This document shows positions 11,850 to 24,933 of a stretch of DNA of 64,000 nt, piece by piece. The notes beneath the pieces are model-generated. The model did no database searches. It saw only the letters and a program-made list of their open reading frames with translations, and was not told the origin of the DNA. The stretch's first letter is position 1, and the number at the start of each line of letters is the position of its first letter. This DNA comes from the human T2T-CHM13v2.0 reference genome, Homo sapiens: NCBI RefSeq assembly GCF_009914755.1, contig NC_060938.1, one strand, 5' to 3'. The position numbers were made by a program, and so were the translations under genes.

Positions 11850-13560
11850 ACTATATTAGGTTTCCTTTTCCCTCCTAAGAGCAAAGTATTAACAATAACA
11901 ATAACAACACTTGCAGTAAGAAAAAAATGGCTTAGACCCACAGGAACAAAGAAACAAGACAGGAGTTAGATGCAGAGAAGAGATTTCAACAAAAGTTTGG
12001 AAAAGGTAAGACAAAAAAGTAGTAACTGATTTGGCGGGGTCTGGAAGTCTAAGTCTAAATTACCAACAAGAGGAATAGTGCGGAAAAGGGGAGAGATTCG
12101 CTTCCTGGAATCCCTGCAATGATTGGGATGCAGGATGCCAGGTCAGGGGGAGGTGAGGTTCAGGGCTGCTAATGAAGATTAAGAGAAAGGAACAGTTCAA
12201 TCTTCTATCCTCTCTTTCTGCTCCCAGATGCTAACGGTAGCATATGAGTCACAGACAGAATATTGGCACCTTTGTTTAAGAAACTGAATGTTAATGTCAC
12301 ATCTGCCTTCGGAGATTACAAATGAAATGGTTACCTCTCTACTGGAACCCTGACCAGAAGCCTGCCAATTAGTAAGCTGGCTTAAGAGATCAATCTAAAA
12401 TTTACATAAGGCTTTTGAAAAAAAGAGAAAAGTCAGCCTTTAAAAAAGCCAAAAGGAAACTGGTGGAATTAGAGGTAATTCAGGGGGAAAAAAACTGTAA
12501 AAAACTTTATCTTCTCATTGATGAAAGAAAATATTTGTAATCTTTAAATAAGAATATGACGCATTGAAAAAATATAGAAAAATTATTTTTGGAAGGTAAA
12601 TAAAATCAAAAAGAACAATAAACAAAATTAAAACAAATTAGTATGGCATTAAAAGAAATAAAACAAGTAGTCACAGAAGTCATAAAAGTACAGTCTCTGT
12701 GAAAGTAGAATGAAAATGTCAAAGAAATAGAAAACATGAAAGATAAAAACAAGAAACACAAGGAATCAAGTTAGGGGCAAACCATTCAACTCACACATAT
12801 TCCAGGAGGACAAATTAAAGAGAAGGATGGATTTAAAAGAAACAATGAAAATACATTTCTTAGAATAGAAAAGCTTAATTTTCTGGATATGAAAGATTTA
12901 CTGAATGCCCAGCACAAGATTTAAAAAAAAATCCCAAGGCACGTTATTATGAAATTTTATCACCTTAATGATTGAAAATATTGTAAAATTATTAAGAAAA
13001 AACCACATAGCTCACAAATGAACAGAAATTCAAATGGCATGAGTATGCTCTGTAGCAAACTCATCCTTGGAATACAGTGGAAAAGTTTCTCACACTGATT
13101 TTCAGCCTAGAATTCTATACAGAACAAACCTATCAGGAAGATAGAATAAAGCATGTTTAATCATGCAAAAATTTGTAAAGTTTGCTTTGTAAGTACTCTT
13201 TTTTTTTTTGAAAGTGTGGGATAATGTATCCCAGCAAAACAAGAGGAAGAAATGAGATCAATAAATTAATATATGCAATGCAGGGTGGCTAAAACCACTT
13301 TAAAAAAAAATCCCAATCTCTTTTTTCTTTCTTCATGTGAATCAGGTAATGTGTATATGTCATAAGGTTTGAGGGAGGTACATCTCACACAGGAGTGCAA
13401 AAACTCAGTCATCACGCTTATGAACCACAAAGGGATCAAAAGCCACTTTTAAGATGACAGATGTATAGTAGGCATAGGAGACAACAGAAATGGATGAAAG
13501 CAGAAGATGGAAGCCCTCCAGGTTCATAAAACAGAAAGGAAAGGGTGAAAATTTATATTG
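11850..13560 (+). mobile_element. HAL1 / ancient L1 ORF1-type element, interrupted by the U13 retrocopy
   Basis: A-rich decayed ORF1 (gattttcagcctagaattctatac), followed by HAL1-like gatgacagatgtatagtaggcataggagacaac...gaagatggaagccctccagg. Confidence 0.6.
13337..13436 (-). pseudogene. U13 snoRNA (SNORD13-like) retropseudogene
   Basis: Reverse complement atccctttgtggttcataagcgtgatgactgag...tgtgtgagatgtacctccctcaaacctt...acattacc follows U13. The C box TGATGA is kept and the D box is degenerate; A-rich tail; degenerate TSD aaaa(g)ccacttt. Confidence 0.85.
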
Positions 13561-13659
13561 TCTAATATATTGAAGCATCTTAGTTGTAAAGGTACAGCCA
13601 ATAGGATGAAACAAGTTGATGCACTCAAGGAAGGATACATTTATAGAAAATGATATCAT

Positions 13660-13955
13660 TTAGAGTTCCAACAGGAAGTTAATGACACACTTATTATAAG
13701 ATAATTTGATAAAGATTTATTTAAAGAGATGCTGTCTATGAGTTTATAGGTATAGAGTACCACAGAGGCCAGTGCTATAATCAGGGGTAAGATGCAGTGG
13801 AGCTGTTTACACCATTGTGCCTGAAGGGACTGAGAGAGGGAGGAAATACAGAAACCCCAAAAAGATATTTATGATAGCCATTTGAAAGGAGGAATGACCT
13901 TCAGTGGGAGGTCAACCAGCATGTGGCCACATGGTCTAGCTTATTCTCCTTCATT
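13660..13955. mobile_element. Possible old LTR fragment (ERVL/LTR16- or LTR33-like)
   Basis: agagttccaacaggaag...gatttatttaaagag resembles old ERVL LTRs; weak match. Confidence 0.3.
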
Positions 13956-13957
13956 CC

Positions 13958-14424
13958 CCTTTTTCAGTTTTATTGAAGTATAATTGACAAATAAGAATCA
14001 TACATATTTAAGTGTGCAACTTGATGTTTTGAAATATGTATACACTGTGAAATGGTCATCACATTTAAGATAATTAACATATCCATTACCTCACAGGGTT
14101 ATGTTTTTGTGTGTATGGTGTGAACCCTTAAGATCTACTCCCTTAGTACATTTCAGTTGTCCAATATAGTATTGCATTGTAATACAGACACCATGTTGTG
14201 CATTAACTCTCCAGAACTCATTCATTTTTGCATAACTGAAACTTTGTAACCTTTAGTCCATATCTCCTCATTTCTCCCTTTCCTTTCCATTCCTGGCAGC
14301 CACCATTCTACCTTCAGTTTGAGTATTTTAGATTCCACATATAAGTGAGATCATGCAGTATTTGTCCTTCTGTATCGTGCTTTTTAAAGGCTGAATAATA
14401 CTCCATTGCATATATATAGTACAA
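13958..14424 (-). mobile_element. L1MA 3' end (host element; continues at 21795-22260)
   Basis: ttttattgaagtataattgacaaataag...gattccacatataagtgagatcatgcagtatttgtc; stops at gaataatactccattgcatatatata. Confidence 0.85.
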
Positions 14425-15172
14425 TTTTTTTCAGGCTTTATTGAGGTATGATTTACAAATAAAATTTGCATATATTTAGGGTATATGCATACTTATGAAA
14501 TGATTACCACAACCAAGCTAATTAACATATTCATCATGTTACATCATTACCATTTGTGTATAATGTGTGTATGTGTATGTTAACACTTGAGATCTACTTT
14601 CTTAGCAAATTTGAAGCTACTGTACATTTGGTCTCCAGTACTTACTCATCTTGTAGCTGAAGGTTTGTACCCTTTGACCAACATCTTCTTTTTCCTGGCA
14701 TTTGCCAGCCTCTGCTAACCACCACTCTACTGTCCATTGCTATGAGTTTGATTTTTTTAAATATTCCACCTGTATGGGATATCGTGTAGTATTTGTCGTT
14801 ATGTGTCTGGCTTATTGCACTTAGCATAATGTCCTCCAGGTTTATCCATGTTGTGGCAAATGGCAGTATTTCCTTCTTTTTAAGGATGAATAATCCATTG
14901 TGTGTGTTTGTACCACATTTTAAAAATCTATGCATCTGTAGATGAACACTTAAGTTGTTTCTATATCTTGGCTAGTATTACAATGCTGCAGTGAATTTGA
15001 GAGTGCAGATATCTCTTTAAGATAGTGGTTTTATTTCTTTTGCATACATACCTAGAAGTGGGATTGCTGTATTATATGAGAGGTTTATTTATTTTTTTTT
15101 TGAGGAGCCTACATACTGCCTTCAATAATGGTTGCACTAATTTATATCTCTACCAAAAGTTTACAAGGGTTT

Positions 15173-15552
15173 TGTATTAGTCCGTTCTCACCCTGCTAAT
15201 AAAGACATATCTGAGACTGGGTAATTTATAAAGGAAAGAGGTTTAATTGACCCACATTTCAGCATGGCTGGGAAGGCCTCAGGAAACTTACAGTCACAGT
15301 CATGGTGGAAGAGGAAGCAAACATGTCTTTCTTCACATGGTGGCAAGAGAGAGAAGACTGAGAACTGAGTAAAGGATAAAGCCCCATGTAAAATCATCAG
15401 ATCTTGTGAGAACTTACTATCACAAGAATAGCATGAGAAAACTGCCCCCATGATTCAATTATCTTTCACTGCATCTCTCCCATGACATGTGAGGACTACA
15501 GGAACTATAATTCAAGATGGGATTTGAGTGGAGACACAGCCAAACCATATCA
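15173..15552 (-). mobile_element. THE1C-like MaLR solo LTR
   Basis: tgtattagtccgttctcac...gctaataaagacat...cagccaaaccatatca; 5-bp TSD GGTTT/GATTT. Confidence 0.92.
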
Positions 15553-18500
15553 GATTTCCTTTACACCCTTGCCAACACATGTTATCACTGGACTTTTTGA
15601 TAAAAGGCAATCTAACAGGTGGTTGGTGATATCTCAGTGAGGTTTTGATTTGCCTTTATGATTTCTGATTTTGAGCATTTTTTCCATATACCTTTTGGCC
15701 ATTTGTGTGTCTTCTTTGGAAAAATATCTATTCAGATCCTTTGCCCATTTTATGAAATCATTTTTAAAATATCTTTTGCCCATTTACAAGCTTGTTTGTT
15801 TGCTATTTGGTAGTATAAGTTCTGTATATATTTTGGATATTAACTCCTTATTGGATGTATGGTATACAAATATTTTCTCCCTTTCTGTAGATTTCCCTTT
15901 CTACAAATAAAGATGAGACCAATGTCCAGGAACTTTCCCCATGTTTCCTCCTAGGAGTTTATGGGACCAGGTCTTATGTTAAGTCTATAATCCACTTTGA
16001 ATTAACTTTTGTGATTGGAATAAGAGAAGCATGGATTCTTTGCATGTGGATATCCAATTTCCCAACATCATTTGTAGAAGAGTCTGTCCTTTACATTGTA
16101 AATTCTTGGTACCTTAGTTGAAAAAATTAGCTGACTGGATGTATGTGAGTTTAGTTCTGAGCTTTCTATTCTGTTCTATTTGTCTATATGTTTTTATGCC
16201 AGCAACATCTGTTTTGATTATTACAGTTTTGTAATGGAGTTGAAATCAGGAAGTTTAATACCTCTAGCTTTGTACTTATACTCAAGATTGCTTAAGATTT
16301 TCATGCTCTTTTGTGGTTGCATATGAATTTCAGAATTATTTTTTCCATTGCTGTGAAAAATGTTCATTGCCATTTTGATAGGGATTGCATTGAATCTACA
16401 GATCATTTTCAGTAGTATGGACTTTTTAACAATATTAATTCTTCCAGTTCATGAATATGGGATATGTTTCACTTATTTGTGTCTTCCACAATTTATTTCA
16501 TTAATGTTTTACACTTTTCCATGTACAGGTATTCTACCTCTTTAGTTAAATTTATTTGTAAGTATTTTATTCTTTTTGATGTGCTCATAATGATAATTTT
16601 TCTTGACTTTTTCTTTCTATAGATCATTATTGGTGTAAAGAAATGCAACTGAATTTTTCTGTTGATTTTGTAGTCTGCAAAATTACTGAATTTGCTTATT
16701 AGTTCTAACAGTTTTTTAGTGGAGTCTTCGGGATTCTTTCTACATAGGATCATGCCATCTTCTAACAGAGACACTAACTTTTTTATTTGGATGCACTTTA
16801 TTTCTTTTTCCTAATTACTTTGGTTATGACGCCCAGTACTATGTTGAATGGAAGTGGGGAGAGTGGTCTTGTTCTTGATCTTAGAGGGAAACATTTCAAT
16901 TTCTCATCATTGAGTACAATGTTTATCATAGGCTTGTGATATACAGGCTTTATTGTGTTGAGGTACATTCCTATAATTAATTTGTTGAAAATTTTGTATT
17001 GTGAAAGAATGTTGAATTTTGTCAAATGATTTTTCTGCATTTGTTTAGATTATCTCATGGTTTTTATTTCTTATTCTGTTAATGTGGTGTAGCACATTTG
17101 TTGATTGTGTATGTTGGATAATTCTTACATCCCAGGAATAAATCCTACTTTGTCATGATGCAAAATCTTTTTAATGTCCTGGTATATTTGGTTTGCCAGT
17201 AGTTTGTTGAGGATTTTTGGACCTTTGTTCACAAGGGATATTGGCCTATAATCTATTTTTCTTGTTGGTGTCCTTATCTGGGTTTGGTATGAAGGCAATG
17301 TTGGCATTGTAAAATGAGTTTTAAAGTATCCCCTCCTCTTCAACTTTTTGGAAGGATTTTAGAAGGATAGGTGTTAGTTCTTTTCAAAATATTTGGTAGA
17401 ATTCAACTATGAAGCCATCAGGTCCTAGGATTTTCTTTGATAGGAGATTTTATTATTGATTCAATCTCCTTACTCATTACTGTTAAGATTTTCTATCTCT
17501 TCATGATTCAGTCTTGCAGGCTGTATGTGTCTAGGAATTTATCCATTTATTCTAGGTTATCCAATCTTTTGACTTGTAATGGTTCATAGTATTATCTTAT
17601 AATTCTTTATATTTTTGTAGCATCAGTTGTAATGTCTCCTTTTTCATTTTGGCTTTTATTTATTTAAGTCTTCTATTTTTTCTCAGTGTAGATCAAGTAT
17701 TGTTGATTTTATTTATATTTCCAAAAATCAATCTTAGTTTCATGATCTTTTCTACTGTTTCTCTAGTCTCACTTTCATTGATTTCTTTTCTAATCTTTGT
17801 TATTTCCTTTTTTTCTAACTTTGGGCTTAGTTTGTTCTTTTTTTAGTTCATTGAGCTGTAATTTTAGGTTGTTAATTTGAGACCTTTCCTCTTTTTTTGT
17901 AAACATTTATTACTATACATTTCTCCCTTAAAACTACTTTTGCTGCATCCCATACCTTTTTGTATGTAATGTCCATTTTCATTTGTCTCAAGATATTTTT
18001 ACATTTACCTTTTGACTTCTTTTTTTGGCCCATTGGTTGTTGTTTAATTTCCATATGTACATGAATTTTCCAGTTTTCCTGTTATTATTGATTTTAGTTT
18101 TACACCACTATGGTCAGAAAATATATTTGATATGATTTCAGTCTTCTGAAATTTGTTAAGACTTGTTTGTGGCTTAACATACAATCTGTCCAGGAGAATA
18201 TTCTGTGTAAGCTTGAGAAGAATGTGTGTTCTGCTGTTGGATTGAATATTCTGTGTATGTCTATTAGATTCATTTAGTCTGAAGTAGTTCAAGACAATGT
18301 TTTCTTAATAATATTCTTTCTGGATGATTTATCCATTGTTGAAAATTGGATATTAAAGTTCTCTATTAATATTGCATTGCAGTCTATCTCTTGCTTTAGA
18401 TTTGTTAATATTTGCTTTATATATTTAGGTGCTCTGATGTTGGGTGTATTCATATTTATAACTGTTCTATTATCTCAATGAATTGACTTTCTTATCAATA

Positions 18501-20319
18501 TCTAATGACCTTCTTTGTCTCTTGTGACAGTATTTAAAGTCTATTTTGTCTGATACACATGTAACTGCTACTGCTCTTTTTTGATTTTCATTTTCATGGA
18601 ATATTTTTGTTTTTTACCCCTTTACTTTTAGTCTGTGTGTGTTATTAAAGGTGAAGTGAGTTTCTTGTAGGCAGCATTAAGTTGGATTTTATTTTTATAA
18701 ATCAATTCAGCCACTCTTTGTCTTTTGATTAACAAAATTTGCTTATTTATAGTTGGTAAGTAAAGATTTATTATTGTCAATTTATTAATTGTTTTCTGGT
18801 TGCTTTGTAGATCCTTTATCCCTTTATTACTCCTTTGTTGTTTTCCTTTGTGATTTGATCATTTTATTTGGTGGTATGCTTTGATTCTTTTCTGTTTATC
18901 TTTTGTGTATTTACTATAGGTTTTTAATTTGTGGTTGCCATGAGGCTTACATAAATATTCTTATTGTTTAACCAATTCATTTAAAGACGATAACATCTTA
19001 ACTTTGATTGCTAAAGAAGCTCTGTACTTTTACTTCCCTTCTCTTACATTGTGCTTTTGATGTTACAGTTTACATTTTTTGTATGTCTTAAGAATTTATT
19101 ATAGCTATAGTCATTTTGCATACATTCATCTTATAACTTTATAATGATGGTGTGATTCACACCACCACCATTATAGTGTTTGAATATTCTAAATTTAACC
19201 ATATATATACTTTACCAGTTAGTTTTACATTTTTGTGTGTTTTAATGTTACTAATTAGCTGCCTTTTATTTAATCTTAAAAATCCCCCTTTAGCATTTCT
19301 TGTAAGGCAAGCAATAGTGAAGACTCACTCAACTTTTTTTGTTTTTCTAAAAAAGTCTTTATCTTCTTCATTTCTGAAGGACAGCTTTGCTGGCAAAATA
19401 TTGCTGGTTGGCAGTTTTATTTTTCTTCCATCACTTTGAATATATTATTTCATTCTCTCCTGATCCTCAAGGTTCCTGCTGAGAAATCCACTGATAGCTT
19501 TATTTGGGTCCTTTTTTATATGACATGATTCTTTTCTCTTGCTGCTTACAAGCTTCTCTGTTTTTGATTTTTGCCAGGCTGATGTTAACGTATGTTTGTG
19601 GATTCTTTTTTTGGTTGAATTGACTGGAGAACTTTAGGCTTCGTGCATGTGGATGCTCATTTCTTTCCGGATATTCGCTAAGTTTCCCATGATTATTTCC
19701 TTAAATAAGCTTTCTATCTAATGCTCTCTCTATTTTTCTTCTGAACCTACGATAATTCTAATGTTAGCTCTCTTGATAGTATTCCATGGCTTCTGTAGGT
19801 TTTATTCTTTTTTTTCTTTTATCTCCACTTACTGGATGATTTAAAATGCTCGGTCTTTGAGTTCACTTATTTTTTTATTCTGCTTCATTTAGTCTGATGT
19901 TCAAGCCTCTATTACATTTTTTTTTAGTTTAGCTGTTGTATTTTTCAGCTCCAACATTTCTGTTTGGTTCTTTTTAAAATATTTTCTCTCTTTATTGAGC
20001 TTCTCATTTTGTTCTTGGATTGTCTTCCTGATTTCATTAAACTATTTATTTGTGTTCTCTTGTAGTTCCCCAAGATTCCTTATGTAATTATTTTGATTTT
20101 TTCCAGGCAATTTATAGATCTCCAATTCTTTGGGGTTGGTTACTAGAAATTAATTTTGTTCCTTTGGTGGTGTCATGTTTTCCTGCTTCTTTGTGATCTT
20201 TGGGTGTTGATTTTGTCAGTGACTAAACCTGCTGGAGTCCTCTGTGGAGTTAAGTACTATAGTTTGCGCAGTGATCATTGTGGGTTCCTTGGTAGTGAAA
20301 GCAGTGTGGTATGTGCAGC

Positions 20320-21274
20320 TGATAATGGCAGGAGACAGACAGATTCCTAGGCAGACAGGTATAAGTCCCTGGTGAATCCCAACCTTCAAGCCAAAGACAA
20401 CATGAAGCCTGAAAACCAAGCCACCAGTTCCAGGTGCAGTCCACGACCCAACTGAGAACTTCCTCAGTGCCTTTTAGTCAATTAAATGGTGCTTTTTCCA
20501 GGCCTGCCCATGAACTAGTCAGCACACATTCCTCCATTCTGAGCCCATAAAAACCCCAGACTCAGCCTCACAGATGGCTCTCTGCTTTCAGTCCCACTCT
20601 TACACAGAGGGCTACCCACTTTGGCTACTCTCTTGTTGTCATGAGTTTTTCTGCCGCTCAGTAAAAATCTCATCAGCCTTGCTCACTCTGCGGTGTCTAT
20701 ATGCTTCATTCCTGTTGGTTGTGGGACAAGAATCCGGAATCCACTGAACAGTGGGTGCGAAAAGAGTTGTAAGACACGCTCCTGTTCACCAAGCTACAGG
20801 AGTGAAAAAAAAAATGCTGGGTGCCACACGTCCCCAGTTGCTGAGCTGTGGGCAGCAGGACTGAATGAGCTGTGACATACCCCCATTTGCTGAAGCTGTC
20901 GGCAGTGAGAACGAACAAGAGCTGTAACACTTCCTGGGGGCTCAGACCTTGACTCCCAGAGGAAAAGCTGTAACACCTCTTTGGGCTCCACAGTTGCTGG
21001 CATCTCTGAGTTTTTGGGCACTGCTGCATCCCCCTTATCCAGATGTCGGTGTTCAAGGCAGAAGTCAGTCATAGCATGCCCAAAGCAACCATGGGCTGAG
21101 CACTGAGCTACAGTGGGTGTCATGGGATCTGGGTGAGTGAGCATGAGTGGAGCACAGCCTGCCAGGCCAAATGAGCAGAACGAGTTCAGAGGGCCTCAGT
21201 GAAGCCTCAGCAGAGGCTCTGCTGGCCATCGAGATTTCCACTTGGCAAAGTGGCCCTCAAAGAATCCTGTGTCA
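20320..21274 (+). mobile_element. ERV1-class solo LTR (LTR27/LTR28-like)
   Basis: TG...CA termini, ctgagcccataaaaaccccagactcagcc TATA region, 4-bp TSD CAGC/CATC. Confidence 0.8.
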
Positions 21275-21794
21275 CATCCATGAGGGCTGTTGAGGTCCTT
21301 GGTATAGAAGGCTACTGGAATTCTGCTCAGATCAGGCTACTGGGGACTGCATTGATTTCTACCACATGACTGATACTGATAGACCTCATCATTTCTCTTT
21401 GTTACCAGCAGTTTACAGATTTCTCAGCTATGTTGGTCTCCCTAGCAATCTGGGATGGGTGAAACTTAAGCTGGTTGTTTGGGCAATGCTCCAGTAGGCT
21501 GGGTAAGAGAAAAGTTCCCCTTTCTCTGCAAGGGGAACTTGCAAGCTGAGCAGTGACCTCTCCATACTGAGCACTGCCAGCCTGAAGGAGATGAAGCAGG
21601 CAAAATGAAACTGTTTTTTCTACCATTTTTTGTTGTTATTCTTGAAGTTTTTCTGTCTGCTCTATTGTTTTAACTCCTTAAGTAGATTCCTGATCTCTGC
21701 TAGTTATTTTCATTTGTGGATATTTTCCCAATTGTTGTTCCTTGTAGGAGGAATAAAGACTGAGATGACCTACTCTGCCATTTTAGCTGATGTC

Positions 21795-22260
21795 TAACAC
21801 ATTTTCTTTGTTCATCTGTCTATGGACTTTTAAGCTGTTTCCGTATCTTGGCTTTTGTGTATATGCTGCAGTAAACATGGGTGTGAAGGTATCTCTTTGA
21901 GGTTCTGATTTCAATTCTTTTGGACATATTCCTAAAATTGGGATTGCTGAAACGTATAATAATTCTGTTTTTAATGTTTTGAGGAACTGACACATTATTT
22001 TTCATAGTGACTGCACCATTTTCTGTTTCCACCGACAGTGTATAGGAGTTTCAATTCCCTAAATTCTAGCCAACATTTCTTTTGTTTTTTGATAATAGCC
22101 ATGCTAATAGGCATGAGGCAATATCTCATTGGTGTTTGGATATGCATTTCCTTGACAACTAGTGATGCTGAACATATTTGCTGTTGGCCATTTGTATATT
22201 TCCTTTAGAGAAATGTCTTCAAGTTTTTCACCCACTTTGAAATTGCATTATTATCATTAT
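21795..22260 (-). mobile_element. Continuation of the host L1MA split at 14424
   Basis: Resumes cacattttctttgttcatctgtctatggac, the consensus sequence following the break; decayed ORF2 C-terminal peptides in the track. Confidence 0.8.
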
Positions 22261-22654
22261 TATTTTTGCCATAGTATGACTGATTTTTAAGTGCTTCTTA
22301 TATAATGGAGTTATTTAAATTTATTTTTTCTGTTTATTATTTGCCTGTTAAATTTGTCTTTATTTTCTAGTGATTTTAAATTGTTTTAATTTCTAACATT
22401 TTCCCTATATATGTGTTTGCCATTGATAAGTTTTAAATTTCATTATCAAATATGCTATAACTCTTTTTGTATTGTTTTTCCTTCATAGGGGCAGGATATA
22501 TTTAAAAGTTTTTATTTATTCCAAAATAATTTAAATAGTCTCTCTATATTTCTAGTAATTAAAAAAATTACTCCTTTGCAATTTATGTTAAGTATAAGTT
22601 ATAAAATATAATTCTTTTTAAAAATCTGGTTAACCAGTTGTTCCAGCACAACTT

Positions 22655-23028
22655 ATTGTGTCCTCTGGGACAATAGAATTGAAAATGCACATTTTCCACC
22701 CCTAATCCTGGGAAATTCGCCATTTTTCTTACTTCTTCTGTGAAACTCAAAAGTTGTGTTTCTATGCTCTTTGGATGAAGTGCAAATCAACTTTTAAATT
22801 ATCCCCTCAAGGCTTATGTTCCTACCTGGCTTCCCCTGGCCTCCAGAGGATTGATTTTTGTAGTTACAACCCATGCTGCTAGTTAGTTTACTGTTACATC
22901 AGGGCAGAAACTGATGGATACCAACATGTAGAGGATAAAGTCCTCCACTGTGGGTGGTGGAAGAGGCTTCTTCTACCTCCTCCCCATAGTTCCTGAAGGC
23001 ACCAAGACTGTCACAGTAATTGGTAGGT
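22655..23028 (+). promoter_or_regulatory. Candidate OR4M1 promoter and first non-coding exon
   Basis: Non-repeat island with O/E(EBF)-like TCCTCTGGGA (22661-22670), further CCTGGGA/TCCCC half-sites, homeodomain TAATTG (23017-23022) and donor TTG|GTAGGT (GT 23023-23024). Confidence 0.45.
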
Positions 23029-23799
23029 GGAAAGTTGTTATAACCTTTACATAAACTATCCTATTTTTGAGACAGTAGGATAGATATAATGATGGGAATA
23101 ACTATGTAAAATACTCAGAGACCAGTGGTTAGAAACAGAAAGCAGCATGTAAGGAAATGTCTTAGGGAACTGTGATGATAGTGTAGAGCAGGTCATAGCT
23201 GTAGAGTGGGTGGACAAATTGTTTCTTCTCGGCCTTGATCTCAATAATTAAAGCATTTTAAAGTCAGGATTGAACAGGGCATTGAAGAGACAGCTTGGTC
23301 ATTTTATACTCATAGGATGAATCATTTGTAAATAAGCTCAGAGAAGGCTGTTTTGATTTATGGGTCTTCAGAGCATGACAGATTGTTAAAATAAACTTCC
23401 AAAATTTTGAATCCCTTTACTCCTGAAAGAAAGTCAGGAAAACCCCAAGATCTTTAGTTACTTCTTCTTATAGTTCTTCAAGATGATCTCTGTGAAGAGG
23501 ATGGGAAAGGTGAGGCTTGAAATATTTCATTTCAAAGGGATTAGTGTTAGTAGTAGTAAAAGCTTTGAAAATAAATAGAAAAGCAAAAAAGAAACTTAAA
23601 AGCAAAGAGACTCTTACTTGAAATAAATGTGGGTGAAATATGTATTTTAACAAAAAGGATTCCAAAAAGCAAAATTAGGAATTATGTAACAGGGTAGGGA
23701 AAGACTAAATGAATTAATAAAAACAATTAGATGTTGTGGTGTTTAATTTTTGTCAAAGTCTATTGATTTATTTATTCAATAAAAAATCCATGTAATCAT

Positions 23800-24020
23800 C
23801 CCATCCATCCATCCATCTATCCATTTAACAAACACATATTGAAGACCATAGCATGCTAGGAACTACTTTAGGCAGTAGATATATAAATGAGACATACTCC
23901 ATGACCTCAAGGAGCTCAGAGTTTCTGTTATATTTTGCAAAATACAAACTGAAAAATTACAATGTAATGAGTTAAAATTTGTACTGGAGGTGTAAACAGA
24001 GTACTATTATGGGAGCCATA
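23800..24020 (-). mobile_element. L2 3' fragment with (CATC)n
   Basis: catccatccatc...catttaacaaacacatattga...gacctcaaggagctcagagt. Confidence 0.7.
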
Positions 24021-24174
24021 GAAATGTGACATTTTTATGGAACTTATATATACAAAATTCATACAAAATTTCAGGCATTTTAGAAAACAAGCTTCTGAGA
24101 ATAGATGAAGGATTTAAAAATAGGGATACATCAACAATGTAACAGGACTGTGGGTCTGGGAAAAATGTGGGGAC

Positions 24175-24322
24175 CATTATATGCATTAATCACTACAATA
24201 CCTATGAAGTAGGTACTGTTATTATTTCCATTGCACTGATGAGGCACATTGAGGCAGAGGTAAGTGAGTTGCCCAGGATTACATAGCTAGTAAGTGTTCA
24301 GCTGTGGTTAGAATGAAGGCAC
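24175..24322 (-). mobile_element. MIR fragment
   Basis: cctatgaagtaggtactgttattatttccatt...gaggcagaggtaagtgagttgcccagg. Confidence 0.75.
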
Positions 24323-24914
24323 TGAGAAATAAAATAAAAATGAAACCCTTAGCTCCCCAACCTACGGAATGGACCCTCTCTTGGCCAAGGGCACCCCAGA
24401 GTAACCTTAAAAGCTGAGTTTTCATCCATGACAAGATGGGCGGTCAGAGGTGCCTTCTTACATCCCTGCCCTCGCTTAACTGCCATTAGACTTTCCTACC
24501 TAAGTGCTAAATAGAAACCAGCTCTTTTGAAAGACTCCACTGCTGATATCAACCAACCACTGAAGCTGTCCCTCTTTTTTTGTGGTTTTAACACGGCAAT
24601 TAACCAGCATTGCTTCCTGATAAGAGACCAACTATATGCTACTCATGAAGGGGCATGAAGCACAATTGTGCATGTGCACGGTTGTCCTTTCATAAATATT
24701 CATGACTCCTCCTATAGCTTATTGAGCATATGTATTTGGCCACCTCACTCAGTATATATTCCTTCTGACACTGTCTCGAAATATTTGTTTGTGGCTCCTG
24801 GCCAGAGGCTATATTTCCCAGCCTGTCATAATAGCCACCCTGCAGGCTGCAACTCTATGAGAAATAAAGGTCCTCCTTTCCAAATTTATGAACCTCATCA
24901 TTCTTCAGTTGACA
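24323..24914 (+). mobile_element. MER39-like ERV1 solo LTR
   Basis: TG...CA termini, ggaccctctcttggccaagggcaccccagag, AATAAA near the 3' end, perfect 4-bp TSD GCAC. Confidence 0.88.
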
Positions 24915-24933
24915 GCACTAACACCCCATATCT

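Larger units (their letters stand above)
14425..21793 (-). mobile_element. Near-full-length L1MA element nested in an older L1MA, carrying two LTR insertions
   Basis: T-tail and 3' UTR at 14425. Decayed ORF2 peptides in the track (YRPISL...KILNK...[11 protein letters not shown]; PLSPLPFNIVL). ORF1 region about 19300-20200. L1M-type 5' end (reverse complement agacatcagctaaaatggcagagtagg) at about 21770-21795. Confidence 0.85.
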
